32,000 nucleotides of DNA from Candidatus Saccharimonadota bacterium (GTDB taxonomy: Bacteria; Patescibacteriota; Saccharimonadia; Saccharimonadales; UBA4665). A model generated the notes under the pieces. It ran no database searches, had not been told where the DNA came from, and was given only the letters and a program-made list of their open reading frames with translations. The stretch covers positions 660,001 through 692,000 of the forward strand of contig CP064993.1 in assembly GCA_016699955.1 (NCBI GenBank), read 5' to 3'. Position 1 is the first letter of the stretch; every line of letters starts with the position of its first letter. Made by a program: the position numbers and the translations under genes. Of the stretch, positions 23,082 to 30,556 are shown in pieces.

Positions 23082-23753
23082 ATGATTTTGTTGGATCGGG
23101 TTACGAAAACATATGGTAAAACGCTAGGGACTGCATTGGACCGAGTTAGTTTACATGTGGAGCCAAAAGAGTTTGTTATTGTGGTAGGTCAAAGTGGCGC
23201 AGGGAAGTCGACACTCTTAAAATTGTTGACACGCGAAGAACGACCTACGAGCGGCAAAATTATTGTCGGAGGCATAGACTATGACAAACTGCCCGATAAA
23301 GATATTCCACTGTTACGGCGTAAAATAGGCGTTGTTTTTCAGGATTTCAAGCTACTTCCCAACCGTACGGTGTTTGAAAATGTCGCTTTTGCACTTGAAA
23401 TTGTCGGAGTGAGCACAAAAGAAATAAACAACACCGTGCCACGCGTACTAGATATTGTAAACCTAAAAGACAAAGCTAAGCGCATGCCCATAGAGCTTAG
23501 TGGTGGTGAACGCCAACGTGTCGCAATTGCTCGCGCTATTGTACGGCAGCCGAAGATTCTCATTGCCGATGAGCCGACAGGTAATCTTGACCCAAAACAC
23601 GCCTGGGACGTTATTACAATCCTTGAAAAAATTAACCGCTACGGCACTACAGTGTTACTGACGACACATAACCAAGAAATTGTCAATAAGTTGAAGCGGC
23701 GAGTGATAACAATCAAAAATGGCCAGGTTGTGAGTGACCGTGCCAATGCATAG
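23082..23753 (+). CDS. ftsE: Cell division ATP-binding protein FtsE (ABC ATPase)
   Basis: Walker A is GQSGAGKST, the signature is LSGGERQRVAIARA and Walker B is ILIADEPTGNLD. An FtsX-like permease follows directly. Confidence 0.92.
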   Translation: MILLDRVTKTYGKTLGTALDRVSLHVEPKEFVIVVGQSGAGKSTLLKLLTREERPTSGKIIVGGIDYDKLPDKDIPLLRRKIGVVFQDFKLLPNRTVFENVAFALEIVGVSTKEINNTVPRVLDIVNLKDKAKRMPIELSGGERQRVAIARAIVRQPKILIADEPTGNLDPKHAWDVITILEKINRYGTTVLLTTHNQEIVNKLKRRVITIKNGQVVSDRANA

Positions 23754-24750
23754 TATAATGAAAAAGTACCGGCGAAGGTGCCAACGGGTCGGGGCATGTA
23801 GTATGGGTAGACGTATCATAACTACAGGTAGGATTGTACGAACAGGATGTATTTATTTTGTGCGGAATGCTTGGCTTGCAGTTGCAGCTATGGCAACCAT
23901 GATTATTACGCTGACAATCATTATGTTTTCTATTATTCTCAATGCGACATTCAATAATCAGGTTGACCAAATAACAAGCAAGATAGACATATCGGTATAC
24001 CTTAAAGACACAGTTACAACGGCACAGGCAAAGACTTTTGTGGCAAATGTCGAAAAATTGCCTAACGTGGAATCAGTCACGTTCCTTGACAAGGCTGCAG
24101 CCCTTAGGGCATTCATTAAACAAAATGCTGGCAATGATAAACTGCTGGCGGCGGTAAATGAAACTGACAATCCATTGCCGGCAACAGTGAAAATCAAACC
24201 ACGAGATCTCAACAAAATGAGTGACATTCGTTCGTATGTGACTAAACCCGAATGGCAAAAACTTCAATCGGACCCAATATCTGACAGCGGAGAGCGTCGA
24301 ACCACTATCGACAAAATTACACATGCCACGAACATCCTGCAGCGAGCTGGTGTTATAGCCGTCGGAGTGTTTGCGCTCATATCTGTTCTGATTATTTTTA
24401 ACACGATTCAGATGGCAATTTTTAACAGACGTGATGAGCTTCAAATTATGCGCTTGCTAGGGGCAAGCACCGGCTACATACGTGCGCCATTCGTGGTGGA
24501 AACCATAATTTACGGAGTGCTTTCCGCTATCATATCTATCCTGATTATCAACGCGTTGTTTATTACTGCTTCAAGCTCGTTGCAAGCGACAAGCTTGGGA
24601 CTTCTCGACATTTCATATAGCCAGCAGTATTTTCAGGAGCATTATTGGCAGCTGTTGCTCATGCAGCTCATGCTTGGTATACTGATAGGTGCTGCTTCTT
24701 CAGTCATAGCTACGCAGCGATATCTTAAATTCAAAACGCCAAAGAAATAA
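23746..24750 (+). CDS. ftsX: Cell division permease-like protein FtsX
   Basis: The layout is one transmembrane segment, a large extracytoplasmic domain, then three C-terminal transmembrane segments. The gene overlaps the end of ftsE. The start is uncertain (GTG 23734, ATG 23746 or ATG 23758). Confidence 0.88.
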   Translation: MHSIMKKYRRRCQRVGACSMGRRIITTGRIVRTGCIYFVRNAWLAVAAMATMIITLTIIMFSIILNATFNNQVDQITSKIDISVYLKDTVTTAQAKTFVANVEKLPNVESVTFLDKAAALRAFIKQNAGNDKLLAAVNETDNPLPATVKIKPRDLNKMSDIRSYVTKPEWQKLQSDPISDSGERRTTIDKITHATNILQRAGVIAVGVFALISVLIIFNTIQMAIFNRRDELQIMRLLGASTGYIRAPFVVETIIYGVLSAIISILIINALFITASSSLQATSLGLLDISYSQQYFQEHYWQLLLMQLMLGILIGAASSVIATQRYLKFKTPKK

Positions 24751-24759
24751 CACCACCTT

Positions 24760-24781
24760 CGCGCGACAAAATCATCGCGCG
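24760..24781 (+). terminator. GC-rich hairpin downstream of ftsX
   Basis: cgcgcga caaaatca tcgcgcg forms 7 bp with an 8-nt loop. No U-tract follows. Confidence 0.35.
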
Positions 24782-24872
24782 GGGGTTACTTAGTCTCTCG
24801 GCATAAACGGGCAGGCTGACGAAAGATAGACAAAACTACAACAATATAGAGTAAGGGGAGGGTTTATAAGTC

Positions 24873-26090
24873 TTGCATAATTGTGATATCATAAGCATGT
24901 TCATAAAAACATACAAAAATATGCATAAAAAAATCTCTCATATGTCTTCTCGTCGTCTACCACGCCCCGTGCAAGCGTGTCTGTTGGTAGCAAGCTGCCT
25001 ACTATTGGTTGCAGGAACGCTTATTCCGTCATGGCGACATCTCGTCTGGGCAAATGATTACCAGGCACAAATAGATGCCTTGCAGCAACAAAACAGCGTA
25101 AACCGATCCGTTCTCGGTGAGCTAGAGGCCGTGGCAGAAAGCTACACAGACGTCATACGCAAGCTTCAGCAACAAATTGACTCGCTTCAGGCCTCAATAA
25201 ACACGAACCTCGATTTGCAGGCTCAGCTACAACGGCAAATTGCGGAAGCACAAGCCGAGATAGATCGTCAAAAGGCAGTTTTAGCTGAAGACGTTAAGGC
25301 TATGTACGTAGATGGCACGCCAAGTTCACTTGAAATGCTTGCCAGCAGCCGGGACTTTAGTGATTATGTCGACAAGCAAGAGTACCGTTCCCGAGTTCAA
25401 AATAAATTGCAAGATACCCTGAAAAGAATTGCAGAGCTTCAAAAACAGCTACAGGTGCAAAAAGCAAAAGTTGAGCAGCTCGTTAAAGAAATGCAGATTC
25501 AGCAATCACAGCTGAGTGCCGACCGTGCAAAACAGTGGGAACTGTTAAACATGAATGAATCAAATCAGGCTGAATATGATGCGCAAATAAAAGCTAACAA
25601 TAGCAAAGTAGCACAGCTACGTGCTGAACAGGCCGCTGCAAACCGACGTCTTAGCGGCGGTACGGCAGGAGGTGTCACCGCAGGGGATCCAGGCCACGGC
25701 GGGTATCCAGCTTATCTTGATTATGCAGCGCAGGACAGCCTTGTCGACCCATGGGGCATGTATAACCGCGAGTGCGTGAGCTACACTGCCTGGAAAGTAT
25801 TCCAAGCCTACGGCTACATGCCGTATTGGGGAGGAATCGGTAACGCCAACCAGTGGCCGGGTAACGCCGCTCGAGCCGGCATACCCACTAGCTCAACACC
25901 TCGTGTCGGCTCTGTAGCAGTATGGAATGTAGGCTACTACGGGCATGTCATGTGGGTTGAAGCAGTCAACAGCGACGGCTCAATCTGGATTAGTCAGTAC
26001 AACTACGATTTTAACGGCCATTACAGTGAAATGCTTGTAAGCGCGGGCATGGCCTCAAACTTGACCTACATCTATTTCGACCAAATGTAG
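24873..26090 (+). CDS. Membrane-anchored coiled-coil protein with C-terminal CHAP peptidoglycan hydrolase domain (PcsB-like architecture)
   Basis: A transmembrane anchor (ACLLVASCLLLVAGTLI) is followed by about 200 aa of Q/L/A-rich heptad-like sequence. The CHAP domain has its catalytic Cys in NRECVSYTAWKV and His in YGHVMWVEAV. TTG 24873 lies 10 nt after GGGGAGGG. The alternative starts ATG 24921 and 24942 would shorten the N-terminus by 16 and 23 residues respectively. Confidence 0.85.
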   Translation: MHNCDIISMFIKTYKNMHKKISHMSSRRLPRPVQACLLVASCLLLVAGTLIPSWRHLVWANDYQAQIDALQQQNSVNRSVLGELEAVAESYTDVIRKLQQQIDSLQASINTNLDLQAQLQRQIAEAQAEIDRQKAVLAEDVKAMYVDGTPSSLEMLASSRDFSDYVDKQEYRSRVQNKLQDTLKRIAELQKQLQVQKAKVEQLVKEMQIQQSQLSADRAKQWELLNMNESNQAEYDAQIKANNSKVAQLRAEQAAANRRLSGGTAGGVTAGDPGHGGYPAYLDYAAQDSLVDPWGMYNRECVSYTAWKVFQAYGYMPYWGGIGNANQWPGNAARAGIPTSSTPRVGSVAVWNVGYYGHVMWVEAVNSDGSIWISQYNYDFNGHYSEMLVSAGMASNLTYIYFDQM

Positions 26091-26143
26091 CCGCTTAAAA
26101 ACAAGTATTAAGTGAGTATCGGCGCTCGCATAAAAAAATAAAA

Positions 26144-28144
26144 ATGACTCACAAGACTATACCCATCAAACATACAGGGAAGGCATATCATATTACGGTA
26201 AAGGTTCACGATAAGCCACAGCTGCATTCACTTGTTCGTACAAAAAATGGCCTGATAAAAATGCGTGCTTTTGGCCTGCGCCTGCAGAGGGTATTTGTTG
26301 CGGCATCACTAAAAACAAAAAAATATCTTCATAAGTCGGCTGGGAAAAAAGTGATTTTTCAAGCTGGTGTCATACTGTCATTAGGCTTACTTGGTACATT
26401 TTCTTTGCAAGTTGTGGCCTACGCGCATACAGCCGTAGAAATTCAGCCGATAGTGAACCATGCGCATAATAAACCAGTGCGCATAGCGTTCAATCGTGTG
26501 GTTCGCGGCTCTTTGAGCTACGCATGGCAGGAAAACATAGCCGGGTCGTGGTTGCCAGAAAAAACTTTTGCGGGCGTGCGAGCACTGGTTTTTACGCCGA
26601 AGGATCCTTTGACACCAGGTTCGGTTTTGCATCTGAAACTTAAAAACGTTCAACCTACAGCAGACATTATGAGCAACACGCCCTCCGAGCAACTCGTAGC
26701 GGTAGTTGTAGAGCGGGCTGCAGCCATCGTATCGCAAACCCCAGCAATAAATGCTCAACAGGTTCGGGTTAGCACCGAATTATCACTGAAACTGAGCACC
26801 ACTAACAGAGGACTCCGCACGTTCGTACTCGCTGGCGATATCCCGGTAGTGTCGCCAAAGCCATCCGGTCGAGACGATACGGTTTTCTCCTGGAAGCTCG
26901 CGGGCGAATTGGCCCAAGGAAAAACGTATCACGCTGAGGTTCGTGATACCCAGCAGACCGAAGAGAAGCAAGTGGTAGCAGTTTTTCATTTCACAACCGT
27001 TGCTGAACCCTCTGTTAGTACAAATGTTTCGGGCTATATTAAACCAAACCAAACCATAACTGTTGATTTTGATCAGGACATGGTTCAACATGACAAAGCT
27101 GTAGTTTTTGCAATGCCCGGCAAGGGTGCTTGGCAAGGCTCTCGGCAGTACGCGTTCACGACCAGTTTTGTAGTTCCTGGTACAACGTACAGCTACAAAG
27201 TTATCTCGGGTACGCAGTCTGTGCATGGTGGTGCCTTAAAAACTGATAAAATATTCAATGCTCAAACACCAGGGGCAGTAAAAGTCGTTGGCTCGCAGCC
27301 GAGTGGTAGTCGAATTCCACTAAATAATTCCGTAAAAATTACCTTTGATCAGCCCGTCGACCATGCGAGTGCAGAAAATGCCTTTAGCATATCTCCTCAA
27401 GTCAACGGCTCATTTAGCTGGTCGGGCAACACAATGATTTTTACGCCGTCAAGCTATGGATATCAAACGACCTATACCTACGCTGTTGCGCCGGGGATTA
27501 AGCCAGTTTTTGGTTTAATGGGCGTTGGGTATAGCAAGCAATTTATAACTGTCTACGAAGTACGTAAACTGAATGTCCCGTTTTTCCGACAGGCTCATGC
27601 GCTAAGTTGCGAAGCGGCCTCACTACGGATGGCTTTGGCTTACTACGGGGTCGGAACGAGCGATGACGAAATTCTTGGACGGATTGGTTATGCCCCACAG
27701 CCTCGTGACACGGCTACGAACACATGGCAGGATCCAAACGTTGAGTTTGTGGGCGATGTAAACGGGAAAATTAATGTGACGGGCTGGGGGGTATACGCCG
27801 GCCCTGTTGCTCGGGCTGCTCAGTCGTTTGGCAGAAGTGCAGATGTTATTTATAGCCCATCCGCTGCAAGCGTTGCGTCGGCAATTTACGCTGGAAGACC
27901 GGTCATCATGTGGGGTGTTATGGGCACGAGTGCGATCGATGATAGCTGGAACACAGCCACTAGCGGAGTTGTCCATGCGGCAAAAAACCAGCATGTGCGA
28001 CTTGTATACGGCGTTGAAGGTTCGGCCGAAAACCCTGCTGGGTTTTACCTAAATGACCCCTTGCGGGGTAGTGTGTATCTTACGGCAGGGGCACTTCAAG
28101 CCAGTATGAACGCTGGTGGCCGACAAATTTTAGTTGTGTACTAA
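26144..28144 (+). CDS. Membrane-anchored protein with several Ig-like (SbsA/Big_5-type) repeats and a C-terminal C39-like (YvpB-type) cysteine peptidase domain
   Basis: The transmembrane segment is VIFQAGVILSLGLLGTFSLQVV. Repeated blocks of the type V..QP..G...(V/I)......I...F.Q.V are present (e.g. VVGSQPSGSRIPLNNSVKITFDQPVDHASAENAFSISPQVNGSFSWSGNTMIFTP). The C-terminal region reads LNVPFFRQAHALSCEAASLRMALAYYG ... HVRLVYG, giving a Cys/His pair. Confidence 0.75.
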   Translation: MTHKTIPIKHTGKAYHITVKVHDKPQLHSLVRTKNGLIKMRAFGLRLQRVFVAASLKTKKYLHKSAGKKVIFQAGVILSLGLLGTFSLQVVAYAHTAVEIQPIVNHAHNKPVRIAFNRVVRGSLSYAWQENIAGSWLPEKTFAGVRALVFTPKDPLTPGSVLHLKLKNVQPTADIMSNTPSEQLVAVVVERAAAIVSQTPAINAQQVRVSTELSLKLSTTNRGLRTFVLAGDIPVVSPKPSGRDDTVFSWKLAGELAQGKTYHAEVRDTQQTEEKQVVAVFHFTTVAEPSVSTNVSGYIKPNQTITVDFDQDMVQHDKAVVFAMPGKGAWQGSRQYAFTTSFVVPGTTYSYKVISGTQSVHGGALKTDKIFNAQTPGAVKVVGSQPSGSRIPLNNSVKITFDQPVDHASAENAFSISPQVNGSFSWSGNTMIFTPSSYGYQTTYTYAVAPGIKPVFGLMGVGYSKQFITVYEVRKLNVPFFRQAHALSCEAASLRMALAYYGVGTSDDEILGRIGYAPQPRDTATNTWQDPNVEFVGDVNGKINVTGWGVYAGPVARAAQSFGRSADVIYSPSAASVASAIYAGRPVIMWGVMGTSAIDDSWNTATSGVVHAAKNQHVRLVYGVEGSAENPAGFYLNDPLRGSVYLTAGALQASMNAGGRQILVVY

Positions 28145-28186
28145 TCGGGGCGCCGGCAAACCTACCATACACAGCTAAGTCTGCAG

Positions 28187-29197
28187 CTAATGAAGTATTT
28201 TATACATTTTAAAAAGGAAATATTTCCATGGTTTGTATACGAAATCAATGGGGTTGGCGTGTTCGACTAGTTGTCCGCCAAATCGTTTTTTAAATCCGGT
28301 TACGCCGCCAAGGCCTTGGCTTTTGACATTATCCGTCACGCCACCAAAATTGAACAGGGTACAACCGTGTTTTACGGCTTCTTGTAGAGCAACCCATATA
28401 ACCATGTAAGCTGGGGCAATTTTGCGAAAGTCATTGCTTGAGCCACCAAAAACATAGTGCGCTTGAGCATCGTACAACACAAATAATCCTGCCGCTGCTG
28501 GCTTTCCGTCTATGGTGATTATCACTACAAAACCTTCTTCATCTGTAAGTGTTTTGAGGTACGATGCGTAGTACGACTTGTCAAAAATAGCAAACCCGTC
28601 TCGTTCGGCAGTCGCCTGCATAAGGCTAAAAAATGTTTCAAGTGGTGCTTCGCTAGGTTTGTATGTTTTTGTGCTAGCGTTGGCGCGTTCGGCAAGTCTC
28701 ACATTGTAACGGGCATGTTTATGAAAACCCATCCAAAGAGCTTCTTTGCTACCCGTGATGTCGAGCACCCATTCAGCCCGTGGTTGCAAGCTAGCAGTGC
28801 AGGCTAGTTTACTTGGGATGGGCTTTTTTATAGAGATAGATTTAACCTCGTCGCTGTCAAGCCGAACAAACGTTAGGTTGTGTTTAGCCGCAACGGTGCG
28901 GAAAAACGTGTCCAAATCGCCAATGATTTCCTTGTCCAGGGTACGACAGATTGGCCCATATGGGCAGTAAAGGAAGTTTAGACCACCCGCGGCACCGTAG
29001 ATGACTCCAAGGCCGCAACCAACCACTTCGTCTAGACGAGAAATGGTGAAATAAATTACGTCTTTGCCACTAGTCGCCTGAAGATTCCCATAAAAAGGCG
29101 CCTGCAGGAAGGAAACCGGCTCGCTTAGTACATCAGTGACTGTCTTGCACGCTGCGGTATATGTTTCAATCGAACAGGTCTGAATATTGTAAGGCAT
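28187..29197 (-). CDS. FemAB-family peptidoglycan interpeptide-bridge aminoacyltransferase (lipid II:amino acid transferase-like)
   Basis: Key blocks are FLQAPFYGN, FHKHARYNVRLAER, AQAHYVFGGSSNDFRKIAPAYMV, LFNFGGV and GVTGFKKRFGG. The start is placed at the second in-frame ATG (29197), which has a TACAAT box 6 nt upstream. The ORF extends to 29215. Confidence 0.85.
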   Translation of the reverse strand: MPYNIQTCSIETYTAACKTVTDVLSEPVSFLQAPFYGNLQATSGKDVIYFTISRLDEVVGCGLGVIYGAAGGLNFLYCPYGPICRTLDKEIIGDLDTFFRTVAAKHNLTFVRLDSDEVKSISIKKPIPSKLACTASLQPRAEWVLDITGSKEALWMGFHKHARYNVRLAERANASTKTYKPSEAPLETFFSLMQATAERDGFAIFDKSYYASYLKTLTDEEGFVVIITIDGKPAAAGLFVLYDAQAHYVFGGSSNDFRKIAPAYMVIWVALQEAVKHGCTLFNFGGVTDNVKSQGLGGVTGFKKRFGGQLVEHANPIDFVYKPWKYFLFKMYKILH

Positions 29198-29215
29198 GCT
29201 GATATTGTAACGCAT
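29180..29215 (-). repeat. Imperfect 18-nt tandem duplication at the 5' end of the FemAB gene, carrying the candidate -10 box TACAAT (complement of 29204-29209)
   Basis: The minus strand reads ATGCGTTACAATATCAGC | ATGCCTTACAATATTCAG, encoding MRYNIS | MPYNIQ. In the first 14 positions, 13 are identical. The TACAAT of the first copy lies 6 nt upstream of the ATG of the second copy. Confidence 0.6.
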
Positions 29216-29244
29216 CCGGCTGGAGCTGCACCCGTAAAGTAAGG

Positions 29245-29250
29245 TATACT
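29245..29250 (+). promoter_or_regulatory. Candidate -10 box (TATACT) 9 nt upstream of the S41 peptidase ATG
   Basis: The sequence is aagGTATACTgttaagcacATG, with no Shine-Dalgarno. It sits back to back with the FemAB promoter inside a 62-nt divergent region. Confidence 0.4.
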
Positions 29251-29259
29251 GTTAAGCAC

Positions 29260-30477
29260 ATGCAAAGAGCGAAGAAGTGGTCAAAACCAGGAGCAATATT
29301 TACGTGGAAGCGTTTGGCGATTACATGGGTGCTGCTGGCTGTATTTGCCGGCGGTGTTATAGCAGGCCAGAACGGTTTAATTTCGTCGAAAGAACCCTAT
29401 GCATCACGCACTCGTTTGCCCAAAGTACTCAATTATTCACAAATTGACGAGGTATATCAGGCACTCAAGAACAATTACAACGGTGCTCTGACTGAAGAAC
29501 AGGTGCTTGAGGGTTTGAAGCATGGCTTAGCAGGGAGTACCAACGACCCCTATACTGAATTTTTTTCTGCCAAAGAGGCAGCGGAGTTTCAGAATGATTT
29601 GCAGGGTACCATTACTGGTGTGGGGGCGAAGCTCGAGCTAGATCAAGATAAAAATATTGTGATTGTAGCGCCGCTTAGCGGGTCTCCGGCGGAGGCAGCA
29701 GGGCTTCGCGCAAAAGATATTATTATTGCAGTTGACGACAAAACTAGTTATGGCATGACGGCTACTGAAGCGGTTCTGAAAATTCGCGGTCCTAAGGGAA
29801 CGAAAGTTAAGCTAACAATTGTTCGTGACAAAAAAGAACAACTTGAGTTTACTATTACTCGCGACGTCATACACGTGCCGTCAGTTGAGTCGAAGGTGCT
29901 TGAAGGCAATGTTGGGTACTTACAGGTTAGCCAATTTAGCGACGATACTGACGAGCTCGCCGAGGCAGCAGCTGAATCGTTCCGTGAAAAAGGTATCCGA
30001 GAAATTATTTTGGATTTGCGTGACAACCCAGGGGGAGAGGTGGCTTCGGCGGTTGGGTTAGGCGGCTTGTGGCTGCAAAAAGGCCAGATAATTGTGCAAC
30101 AACGACGAGGTGACACAACGTATGCCACAGATACCGTATCGAACATTACCGCACCATTTAAGAGAATGAAAACGGCGGTACTCATAAATGGGGGTTCGGC
30201 ATCGGCCTCAGAAATAGTTGCCCTGGCGCTTCGCGACCATCTTGGCGCACGTATCATTGGCGAAAAAAGCTACGGGAAAGGTGTTGTGCAACAGCTGGTG
30301 CCATTTGATGACGGTAGCTCTCTGAAGGTAACGATAGGCAAGTGGTATTCGCCAAAAGGTACCAACATAGATAAAAAAGGTATTACCCCCGACCAGGAAA
30401 TCAAACCGACAGAAGAAGATATCAAGTCAAAAAATGACGTCCAGCTCAAGGCCGCAACCGAATGGATTAGGCAATAA
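29260..30477 (+). CDS. ctpA: S41 family C-terminal processing peptidase with PDZ domain
   Basis: An N-terminal anchor and a PDZ domain (GSPAEAAGLRAKDIIIAVDD) are present. LDLRDNPGG is followed by GGSASASEIVALAL (Ser nucleophile) and YGKGVVQ (Lys). Confidence 0.9.
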   Translation: MQRAKKWSKPGAIFTWKRLAITWVLLAVFAGGVIAGQNGLISSKEPYASRTRLPKVLNYSQIDEVYQALKNNYNGALTEEQVLEGLKHGLAGSTNDPYTEFFSAKEAAEFQNDLQGTITGVGAKLELDQDKNIVIVAPLSGSPAEAAGLRAKDIIIAVDDKTSYGMTATEAVLKIRGPKGTKVKLTIVRDKKEQLEFTITRDVIHVPSVESKVLEGNVGYLQVSQFSDDTDELAEAAAESFREKGIREIILDLRDNPGGEVASAVGLGGLWLQKGQIIVQQRRGDTTYATDTVSNITAPFKRMKTAVLINGGSASASEIVALALRDHLGARIIGEKSYGKGVVQQLVPFDDGSSLKVTIGKWYSPKGTNIDKKGITPDQEIKPTEEDIKSKNDVQLKAATEWIRQ

Positions 30478-30556
30478 TACCGGTTGGAGCACAACAGGTT
30501 GCATCTGGTAACCGAGCAGCGTATCATAAGTGGGATAAACAGAGAGGATTAGGCGC

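Noticed and set aside
28145-28186. Possible bidirectional terminator between the convergent C39-like and FemAB genes (GGCGCC and GCCGGC palindromes).
   Set aside because: The palindromes are contiguous 6-mers with no loop, so no stable hairpin can be drawn, and there are no flanking T or A tracts.
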